Assembly (NCBI RefSeq): GCF_036321535.1
Contig: NC_087447.1
Coordinates: forward strand, 48,424,001-48,488,000
Direction of reading: 5' to 3'
DNA from: Camelus dromedarius
Taxonomy: Eukaryota
Length of the DNA: 64,000 nucleotides
The position numbers were made by a program, and so were the translations under genes. Numbering within the stretch: the first letter of the stretch is position 1; every line of letters begins with the position of its first letter. The notes under the pieces are model-generated. The model ran no database searches, was not told the origin of the DNA, and worked only from the letters and a program-made list of their open reading frames with translations. Shown piece by piece: positions 52,988 through 64,000 of this stretch.

Positions 52988-54103
52988 TCTGTCATTTTTA
53001 AATTAAAAAACAAAACAAAAAAACTCCCACCATTGTCTGTTGATAGACACTAACATATACTAGAAAGAGCAAAGCTTAGAGTTCCTAATAAACAATAACC
53101 TACCAATAGACATTTTCCTAATAGTTCTTTCTCTGCTAGACACATTAAATTTGTCATTCAGATTCAGATTAAAAAACAAAACATACTTAATGATATGGAG
53201 ACTGAGACTTGGCTACACTAGTAAAGAAATCAAATGAAAGATACAGGAGGACATGATATAGTGGACTCAGTGTCAGAAGACCTGTGTCTGAACACCAATT
53301 CTCCCACTTGTAGTTATGTGATCCTGGACAAGTAATATAACCTCTTCAATTCTCTGTTTTATCATCTAAAAAAGAGAATGACAACGACGCACTTCATGTA
53401 GTTATTAGGGAAGTAAACATAATAAAGAACGTCAGTGTGCTTCCTCACTTGTACCGCACTGTACAAACTGCTTTTAAGTTACTAGTAGAAAAGCAAGGAA
53501 CTTCATTTAACTTTCCAAAATCGATTTGATCAAGAGTAAGATTTTGCTGGCTTACATTTGGGGTCACTCTCCCACTCCTACCCCCAATTTTTTCCCCAAG
53601 GCTATTTTCTTTTAGGACTCTTTTTTGGGGGAATGGTTTCAGGCTCGTCCCAATTTTCTTAAAAGGCAATTAAGTCAGTAAATTAGTGGATTAAGATCTG
53701 GTTATCCAATTACATTTTCGTATAAATTCAAGAACCTCAGAAGGACACAGATATCCATTTAAACTGTGAAAGAAAACTACTAATGATTCCTTTGATCTAT
53801 AGCAAGCACTGGAGTGCAAGTATATTCTTTTGTTGAGCCTTTCACTACTGAAATAAGAATTTGGGGCAATGATTTCACCAAAATGTGCAAGATAAAATGA
53901 GATTATGATGCTTGAAATTTGCTAAGACAGTAGATCTTAAGTGTTCTCACCAAACATACACAAAAGGTAAGTAGGTGAAATGATGGATACATTAGCTTGA
54001 TCGTGGTAATCATTTCACAACATACACATTTATCAAAATATCACATTGTATGTCTTAAAATAAGATTATGGTTTTTGTAAACTATCAACTGTTTAGTCAC
54101 TAC

Positions 54104-54350
54104 CATAGCAACAGATGCTACAGATGGCTGGTTCAGGAAATAAGCTGGCCTGGAGTTGAAGGGAGGAAGTGTTTCTTCTTCATTCTTTAATCTCTGTAGT
54201 GCTATTATCTGATCTGAAGAACCCATAGCTAAAAAGACTCGAAGTCTCCCGTTTTGGTGTCCTGAGAATACATCAATCACAGGCATGTAGCTGTCGACAG
54301 CAACAACTGGGTACTGAGCATCAAGCAGCAGGCGAGAAATCTTAGGATCT
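54104..54350 (-). CDS. C2CD3: C2CD3 exon (~16), 247 nt, [21 protein letters not shown]...ASVAM
   Basis: ORF 54041..54415; acceptor ctccctttag|A, donor ATG|gtagtg; phase 2/0. Confidence 0.94.
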
Positions 54351-56231
54351 CTAAAGGGAGAGAAATTGTGAATGAGAAAATAACAATCATCAATCATGTC
54401 ACAGAGTTCCTTCATTTCTTTCTTGGGTCATTTTCTCTGTCTGTTAAAAATGGATCTACAACTAGAAAAGTAAAAAAAAAAAAAAAAAAAAAGATTCTAT
54501 CTATAGTCCAGCAAATAAAAATGACCAGGCAGAAAAGTTCCAAACGTAGCAATTTGAAGGCAGGGAGTATGTCTAACTTATCTTTGTATCATCATGGCCC
54601 AAGCCCAGTGTCTGGGATTGAGCACTAACTCAGCAGAGGTTTGCTGAATTGCATTATTTTACAGGTAGGCAGTGTGGTCAACTAGAAAAAGTGTGGATTT
54701 TGGAGATTAGCAGATAACATTTGGATAATATTACCAATAATATCTGCCATTTACTGAGTGCTTACTTCATGGTAAGCACCTGATAAAAGTTTCTATAGTC
54801 CTTCCAACACTGCAAAGGTTGCTATTATCCACTCTTAACAGATGAGAAAAAGTCCAAATGCTCTTCATTATACCATTCTGAATCTTAGATTGGTCTTACT
54901 TGCTGTATGACTCTAAATAATCAATATAACTTTTTACATTTGTTTCCTCATCTGTAAAATGTAGTTAATAAAACTTCCATCAAAGGGCTGTTGTTAGGAC
55001 TAAAATGAGATAACAAATACAAAATACCCACATGATAAGAGCTTAGTAATTGGTAGCTACTATTGTTTTACTGTCTCTCAGCAAAGAATGTCTCTAATGA
55101 AATGAGAAGGGAAGGGGAATAACCAGCCCAGACCAATATCACAACTAAAAAATGGAAAAAGCCAAATACCTAGAGCTGACAATGGTATTCATGAATCCAG
55201 CAGTACTCCTTAGCCTGACCAGGCTTTCCAGTGTTACCATCATGTAAATATTTAACTGTTCACCAAAGGCTTACCCATTTATTTTCTCACTGAATCCTCA
55301 CAATTGCTTCAAGAGGGAGAAAGCGGATCTATTATCACCCTCATTTTACAGATGATGAAAAGAAAGCCAGAGAGGCTGCCATCTTCAAGTCAAATGACAA
55401 GTTTCCTCATTTATAAAATGAGAATAATGACAATACCTCCAGGAATGATAGAAAGGCTCACATGGGAAAGTGCCCACAAAGGTGCTCTTTGTAAGATGTG
55501 AAATACAGCATTTAAAACACAGAACCAAGAGAAGGCTGTTAGGAAAGAGATCAATGCTAAAATAACTAAAAATCAGTACTCTGAATCACAACAAAAAATG
55601 AACAGTCTATACTGAGGAAAGAAATAGCCTTCAGATAAATCAATACCTCATCTAGGTTTGGTACAGTGATAAGTAAGGTATAGCAATCAGATCTGAAGGC
55701 CTGAAAGACAACACTCAGTATAGAAATCTTGAAAGTAGTTGATGTGAACAATACCAAAGTTTTGTGATAGAGATAAACCATCAGTTTTGCGAGGTAAACC
55801 ACTAGTTTTGCGAGGTGATAGCCTTTGACAGCTGAGTTTCTTGGTGAGAAGAGTGGGTTGCAGAGCCAGACTCTCTGGGTTCTAACCCTGATCTACTACT
55901 TACAATATAAACAACAAGTTATATAACTTCTCTGGGCCTCTGTTAACTCATCTATAAAATAGGGGAAATAAAAGTTACCTGCCTCAGAGAATTGTAATGA
56001 GGATTAAGTGACTTGATATATGTAAGGTTCTTAGCAGACGGCCTGAAACATGGAAAGCAGTATCTGTAAGAATGCTAAAACACAGGAGAAAGAGTAGTAA
56101 CTGTGGTGAAATTGAGGAAAGTTCCTCCAAGGAATTACTGGACTGGTCATGTCTGCAAACCAAAAATATTCCTCTTCAGTTCTCACAAAGTTAAAAGATG
56201 TAGAATAGAGTACTCCAAAGGGTCCTACTTA

Positions 56232-56471
<240 letters not shown>

Positions 56472-58830
56472 TTATACTTTTATTCAACAAACACTAAAAG
56501 TCTATTGTGTGCCATGCACAGTGCTAGGAGCCAATGACATCAAAATAAAACCCACTCTGTATCTTCAGTCTGAAGCCATAGTCTTATGTTAGAGACCAAC
56601 CAATACAAAATGTTATGAATTCTCTGATGACAAAACTCATATATATAGGGCTTCAGGGATGCAGAGAAAGTTGTCAGACATGTCAATCATGGTGTCTGCC
56701 AAGTTCATCCGCTCCTTTCCAAGGCAAAATGACTCATTTGTAAACCCATGCAGAGAGACAGATGTTTTTGAAAAAAAGATGGCTACTGACTAGACAAGGG
56801 TTGAGCACCTAATCAATAGGGCAGCCAATCCACTGGTTGGGTGGTATGGCCTAGTGCAAAAAGTTCTGCCCAAGTGGTGTCATGGTAAATAGCAAGGCCA
56901 ATTATTCATCTAGATTTTCAGTGTAAATTACTCCAGAGAAAAGTCACAAAGAGAACTAGAAATTTGGAGTCAAGAGCAGGTCAGTCAAATTGATGGTGGA
57001 ATCAAGGGCCCACCAATTTGAAAGAACCCAAGCTGTAGTACAACAGCAGAGGATGAATGAATGAAGAAACTTAAAGAAAACACGAGAGGCAAAAAGGGTG
57101 AAACCAGAAATGATATAAGGCATGATGAGAGGTAGACACCAGAAGAGCAGCGAATGGGAACAGAGCTACTTTTGCATCCATATAAGAAAGTCCAATTACA
57201 TAAGCGTCCTGGGCACACTTCTGTTCCCTGAAACCAAAAAATTTAAGCACAGCAACCTAACTTACAAACAGGGAGATTTCATTCAAAGAGATCTTTTGGC
57301 AAAGAGCAGACCTAAACTTAAGGATAAGCAGGAATTACCTAGTACAAAAAGCTCTGTCTAATAGGAGTTGTTAAGGCTGAGAGGAAATTCAAAGCAGAAG
57401 GAACAGCGCAGAGAAAGACACGAGGTTGGAAAAGAGAATATTCAGGAAAATGCAAGTAGCTGAGCATAACTGGACTATCTGGTGTGAAAAGAAGAGTCAC
57501 TGAAGTCGAGACTAGAGAAGTACAGACAGTTCTTAAAGGGTCTTGTAGTCCAAACTAGGAATCTGGACTTTATTCTGAAGGCTATGAGTTTCAAGCAGGG
57601 AGCAAAACATTCAGGTTAGTGTTTTAGAAAGATCATTCCTGTTGGTTCACAGAGGAAGGGACAGGGAGAGACCAGAAACAGGTAGGCCAGCCTGAAGGCT
57701 ATCTGGAATGAGAGTGAGGTCCTGAATGGAAGAAGTGGAAATGAAATGGCGGTAAGATAATATAATCTGGAGATAAAGTTTGCAGAATCTACTGAACTTG
57801 GTGAATCATTATGTGAGACTCAAGGACAACTTTTAGGTTCTGCTTGAGTTTCTGAGTGAATTATAATATGAATTATGGCAGACAGGAGGAAGAGGAGCAA
57901 ATTTGGAAGGAATAATAAATTCAGATTTGGACACATTTGACTTCCTTCTTCCATTTACACATTTTTACTGAATATCTGCAATATGCCAGCTGACATATTA
58001 GGTGCCACATAGAAAGTACTTTTGAGATATTTGGGTGGTGATGACCAGCAGGGGGTTAGTCATAGAGATCTGAAACTAGAGGGAAATGCCTGGCCTACAC
58101 AGAAGTGTGGATTTGAAAATCATCTTCATACAAATGAAGCTATGGGAGTAGATGTTGCAACCATTGAGAAAAAGAGGGTTAGTTTGGGAGAATGCCAAGA
58201 CAGAGTAATGGAAAGGAACACTAATAATTAAAAGTAAGAGAAAGGGAGAAGTGTTGGGGTCACAACTCTTTTCCTAGTTTTCCTATTGGCCTGATGACTG
58301 AAAAGGAACAGCTGTTGAATCAGGAAGAAAATAAGAGGATAGATTTACAAAAATCAAGAAAGGAAACAACTTACACACTAGCATCAAATTCCACTGAGAA
58401 ATCAAGTAAGGTGAGTATTGAAATAAGTGCAGAAATAAATGAGATTGAAGAAAAATAAGTAAAAAAATTAGAGACTGGAGAAACAGAAAAGAAAGTGGGA
58501 AGTTTAACTGATCAAAGTCCTAGAAGCAGCAGAAAGGAACAGAACTCAGAATTCAGGCAAAAGTAATAGTGGGAAACCATACAACTGAGACAGCACAGAA
58601 GGAAATAGACACAAAAAGTTTTTAAATGTTCACAATGTCTCTTCCTGTTCCCATCCAATAGTGGGACTGGATCTACAAACCAGATAATTATAAAAGTCTC
58701 TCCCTAGTCTGAACATTTTAGATTTTACAATGGATTTATGATTTGGGAAACATATTTTTCTTGCTTTCCCCCATTACTGCCCCCCCTCATCCCTAATGGA
58801 TATGGAATGTTAAGACATATACAAAGTTAC

Positions 58831-59325
58831 CTGAGAAAAGTTAAAGACTGGTTTTGTTGTGCCCCATGCGATGACAGATCTGATGACTTCCTCTGTGCTG
58901 AAGAGTTTGCAATTTAAATAAACATTGCATGGTGGTTGTTTCTCAGATTCTCCAGTAATGAAATCTTTCCCATCTGGCACCATCAACAGCACATGCAACA
59001 GCAATGCATTCTCTCTTGGTGACCCATTTATCTGATTTACCAAAACATGAGAGGTTGGCACAGTCATGGAGATTGAAGGATTTGGTGCTACAGGGCTTGG
59101 TGACTTTGGGGTGGGGAGCACCAAATTCTGCACTTTCTTTATCATTTCTTCTTGAATTTGATTTAGGTTCTGTGGATTTTCGGTACAGGTAACATGTTGG
59201 CTAGGTTCTGGCAGTGTCTTATCTGGACTTGTAAGAGCACAAAGTGGGGTATGTTGGGTACTGCTATTTAACTTCATACTGACACCAGCGAAATCCTTGT
59301 TATCTATAACAAGCTCCACAGTTAC
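58831..59325 (-). CDS. C2CD3: C2CD3 exon (~14), 495 nt, [12 protein letters not shown]...[15 protein letters not shown]
   Basis: ORF 58810..59319; acceptor ttctgtag|GTAACT, donor CAG|gtaact; phase 0/0. Confidence 0.95.
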
Positions 59326-59539
59326 CTACAGAACATAAAAGGAAAAGAGTTAGTAGGAATATCTTCTAGAATCGGAATCAGAATTTTGGAGCTAGAAGCA
59401 GTATGAGATTGTTAGGAAATAAATTAACTCACCCTCAAATACCATAATAGTAAGAACACTAACAGACTGCATATACATTACCTTACCAGGATTAAGAAAA
59501 GCTAGGCAGATGACTTATCAATATACAAGTTGAGCCTAG

Positions 59540-60440
59540 AACATCATCTTGCGCCAGAAAATAAGGAAGTGCTCAGAAAAGGATGGTGACATATTGAAAG
59601 GATACACAATCCAGTTGAAGGGGCTTTTACTGGACAAATCTGGAATAATTTGAGTATCAAAATGTATAATGATAGTAATGGATTATAACCTTTTGAAAAA
59701 TGTGAGAATCCATGAGTCCATACCAATATAAATAAATATGGGAGAAGGGACAACTCTTCTGTATCATAGAATGCCAAGTAATAAATGCACAGGGAATGGT
59801 GGAGTTAATGGTGAAGTTAGAAAACCATATTCTTTTAATCATAGTGATAAGTGCAGATAAACTCCAATGGAGGACATTCTACAGAGTCCAGACCAGTTGG
59901 TCTTACTTTTCAAAAAAGATCAAAGTACTGAAAAGACAAAGAAGGGCTGCAGAACTGTTCCAGACTAAAGGGGATTAGAGAGATACGACATTTAAATGCA
60001 ATGGATGGTCTTGGACTGCAAAACTAAACTGCTACAAAGAGAAATATTAGCACAAGTGGTAAAATTTGAATATGGACTATAGATAGGATATAGTAATGCT
60101 GTTAAATTGATTTTTGTAACTGTACAGCATTATGTATGATATTGCTTTTGTTTTTAGGAAATACAAGAATTTAGGAGGAAGAGGCATAATGTCTGTAATA
60201 CAGTCTCAAATAGTTCAGAAAAAAATTATGGGTGTATGTGTATACAAAGAAAGAGAGGAGAGGGAGACAGAAAGAAAGAGGGAGAAAAAGAGAAGAGGCA
60301 GATAATTAGAAGGCAAAAACGACAAATGCTAATAATTGCTGAGACCAGGTAAAGAGAATGTGAGTTTTTTCTTACTATTTTTGTAATTTTTCTCTAACTT
60401 TGAAGTTATGTTTAAAAGTTTAAAATGTTACAAAGTTAAA
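59540..60440 (+). mobile_element. Old LINE-1 (L1MC/ME-like) 3' region
   Basis: gaactgttccagactaaagggga...aaatgcaatggatgg...aaaatttgaatatggact. Boundaries approximate. Confidence 0.65.
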
Positions 60441-61091
60441 AAGGATGCAGGGTAAATGATGAAGAACGAAAGTGGTCACTATTATGAGACTGAATTACTA
60501 GAGATAAAGGGCACTTGCTGTTCCTTTCATTTAAAACCCACAGCAAAGTTCTTTTCTTCTATTGAAAAAAGACAGCAATCTAGACAGTACTCTTCTCAAC
60601 AGAACCAGGATAGAAAAAAAATTCTAGCCCATCAGTTCTATTTATTGCCTCTTTCTGATTATAACTCTTGCAGTCCAGAATGAACTAGGAAAGCAAAAAA
60701 ATAAAACTTTGGTAGTGGAAGAGTAACGTGATCTTATTAATATTTTGCAATGATAAGCAAGTCTTTAAAATTAGGTGATGTCTATTACTAAGAAGGCCAG
60801 GAAGAGGGCAGAGAGGGCTTTCAAGAAGAGGAAGCAGTATGAAAATCAAGAACAAAAGCATGGACGTAAAAACCAGCACAATATCCTAGGAATTCTTTAC
60901 ATAATTTGATATGGTTCCTGCTAGGGAAGCTGCAAGAGAGAAGGCTGCAGTGGTAGGTTGGGGCCATACAATGGGACCAATTTTACCCTTTGGGTGATGA
61001 GGAGCTATGAAATGTTTTAGGTATAGTTGTGACAATTTTAAAAGCTTGCCAGGACAACAGGACAAAGCTGTCCTGTTCAGATTCTTTTACC

Positions 61092-61790
61092 TAATGGGAA
61101 TGTAAATTGGTGCAGTCACTGTGGAAAACAGTATGGTGGTCTCTCAGAAAACTAAGAATAGAACTACTATATGACCCAGCAAGTCTACTCATGGGTATAC
61201 ATCTGAAAGAAACAAAAACACTAATTCGAAAAGATATACAAACTCCAATGTTCATAGCAGCATTATTTATAATTGCCAAGATATGGAATCAACCTAAATG
61301 TCCATCAACAGATGAATGGATAAAGAAGATATGGTGTATATACACACACACACACACAAGAATACTACTCAGCCATAAAAAAGAATAAAAAATTCTGCCA
61401 TTTGCAACAACATGGATGGACTTGGAGGGTATTATGTTAAATGAATAAGTTAGATGGAGAAAGACAAATACTGTATGATATCACCCATATGTGGAATCTA
61501 GAAAAATACAAGCTAGTGAATATAACAAAAAAGAAACAGACTCACAGACAGAACAAATCAGTGGTTACCAGCTGGGAGAAGGAAGAGGGAAGGGGCAATA
61601 CAGAGGTAGCAGATTAAGAGGTACAAACTATTATATATAAAACAACAAGGATATATTGTACAGCACAGGGAATACAGCCAATATTTTATAACAACTATAA
61701 ATGGAATATAACCTTTAAAAATTGTGAATCACTATTTTGCACATCGGTAACATATAATATTGTACCCCAACTATAATTCAATTAAAAATG
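61092..61790 (+). mobile_element. LINE-1 3' end (ORF2 C-terminus plus 3'UTR), relatively young
   Basis: ORF 61107..61388 (VQSLWKTVW...LLYDPA...[30 protein letters not shown]) is the L1 ORF2 C-terminus; 3'UTR ends caactataattcaattaaaaa. Confidence 0.92.
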
Positions 61791-62550
61791 ATTAGGGCAA
61801 GCTCTAAAAAAATAAAACAAAACTTCCACTTAAGAAATTGATAGTTCTGAATAAAAGGAAAAAATCCTCTCTCCAATGCATTACACATTAGAATTCATTC
61901 CACCAAGTCCAAACCCAGTCACTTCCTTTCTTGTTCACTGCCACTACTCTAGTCTAAATTATCAATAATCTCTTTTCTGGACGTATGCAACAGATTCCAT
62001 ATTTTCCCTCTTGCACTCTACAATCTATTCTCCACACAGTAATCTTTTAAAATGTAAATCAGATGTTACTCCCATGCTTCACTGTCCTTTCCTGGCTAAG
62101 GATAAAAGGTAAACCCTTTACTCTGACCTACAATGCTCTGAACGATACGGCTCCCACCTGCCTGTCCAGTCTTAGCTTCTACCACTCTCCCTTTTGGCTC
62201 ACTGTCCTGGGCAACATTCTGTCCCTTGACAAAGCCAAGCCCATTCTCACTTTAGGGCCTTTGCATGTGCTATTCTCTTCTCTGGAATGAACTTCCCTGT
62301 GCTTTTTACTTGGTGGCCTCTTCCTCTCATTCTTCAAATCTCATCTCCTTAGCGAGAACTTCCCATCTCCTACTTCCTCTCAGGTACTCACTATCACATC
62401 ATACCATTTAGTTCCTTCCCAGCACTTTTGTTGCCCTATTTTAACATAAGCTGTAAGACCCTGATTTTCTTATTCACAGCTGTATTTTCAGGGCCAGCCA
62501 GTAACACATGCTCCATAAATACTTGACTACCTGAATGTATATGTACATAC

Positions 62551-62673
62551 CCTGAGGGGGCCAAGTGGAGTCTGGCCATTTTCCTGTTGCACTGGAAGCT
62601 GGTCACTGAAAGAAAGCAGCTCAGACTGAATGACAGCTCTCAAAGGCAGCGATGCAGAGCCAATGACTTCTGG
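62551..62673 (-). CDS. C2CD3: C2CD3 exon (~13), 123 nt, [41 protein letters not shown]
   Basis: Acceptor cttctcctctcag|CCA, donor AGG|gtatgt; phase 0/0; open frame. Confidence 0.93.
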
Positions 62674-64000
62674 CTGAGAGGAGAAGGGAAGAAAAAGTTT
62701 AAGTTAAATTAAAGAAGAGACACAGGGAACTTTAACTGAAGTGACAACATATGATGACTTATTAAGGAACCCATGCTTTATGAAGTCAATAGCTTAATTA
62801 TTTGACTTAGGCAACTCTACGTTGGAAAACCCGTATTATGCCATGTTTTGGTTCCCATTCTGGGTTTCACCACTTCTCCCTGGAAGATCAGAGAGGGTTT
62901 CATGAGTCATAAAGAAGTCAGAAGATTACCTTTTTCTATTTTTAAGAGTTCTTTATGAAGAATGTTCAACTTTACTCTTAAAAATAAAAAGTAAAATTAA
63001 GGTGATGCAAATTTTTGCCATTAAAGCTAGGAAAATTACAAAACAATATACCTGATTCTATCAAGGTTATGGAGAAACAGAGGCTGTCATATGCCTGAAG
63101 CTCAGAATATAAACTGGTAATAAATTTTGGGCAGCAAATTTAGTAATAAGTATAAAAAGCTTTTAATATTCATATTCTTTAGCTCAGTAATCTCACTTCT
63201 GGGAATTTATACTAAAATAATAAATAATACATAAGAAGCTCATACACAAATGTATATATTTTAAAATTTAACTATGAGAAATAACTAGATATTCAATAAT
63301 CAGGAATTATTAACTTAATTGCAGCACATTCCTAGAATGGAATAATATGTAGCCATTAAAATGATGTTTACTAAAAGTGTGAAATAATATTAATAATACT
63401 TGTTATGTTTATTAAAAATAGGGTATTAAATTATACACAGTAGACCTTCACCTATTTATAAAATTATGTGTAAAAGATTAAATATATTTTTGAAAAATGA
63501 ATAAAAATCCTCAAGACAAATTTTTAAAAAGCAGGCTAAAAATTACATATAGAATTATCCTAATACAGAGATTTACATACATAAATGTATTCATTTGAAA
63601 AATATAAAAGAGATTCACATAAATATTAACAGTTATTTCTTGGTGACAAGATTATAAAAATATTTTTCTATAAAGATACATATAATTCCCTTATAATTAG
63701 AAAAAAAGCCATTAACTACATAATTCAGTGTAAATATACTGAAATGCTTATAGAGGTTGTCTTAAAGTTGTGGAACTATGTGTTTCTCTTTGTCTCCCTC
63801 TTTTGCTGTATTTTCCAAAAAGAATTTGTATAATTTATATCCTGAAAATACAAACAAAAAGAAAACAAGACCATTCCTCATGCTATCCATACAAAAGGGG
63901 AGGTCAAAGATTATAAAAGCTAATCTCTGTTGAAGTAAAATCTGCTCATGACATAGTTTATTGATTTCTGTTGTACCAGTTACAAGCAGATTTTATAATC

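Noticed and set aside
62930..62976. Possible upstream C2CD3 exon (…AAAAAG|gtaatc)
   Set aside because: 47 nt, AT-rich, and the translation does not match the expected preceding C2CD3 sequence; the real exon is probably outside the window.

Overview
Mammalian (eutherian) genomic DNA, probably camelid given four copies of a short tRNA-derived SINE with the 'ggggaggtaattaggtttattt...atggaggtactggggattgaacccagg' signature. The window lies almost wholly inside one minus-strand gene, C2CD3 (centriolar distal-end C2-domain protein, ciliogenesis). I traced 20 consecutive coding exons (62673 down to 6918, about human exons 13-32; numbering from memory). All have GT-AG boundaries and compatible phases, and they total 4941 nt (1647 codons). 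The 5' exons and the final exon appear to lie outside the window. The notable structure is at the 3' end. Intron 7030-11055 is a textbook U12 (minor spliceosome) intron. Just upstream, an alternative terminal exon (acceptor before 12315, G-K-Y-stop, AATAAA at 12159-12164) would give a short isoform that avoids the minor intron. The rest is intronic and rich in MIR, L1, L2 and MER fragments. Most short ORFs in the supplied track are noise. I found no prokaryote-type or clearly new multi-gene system.
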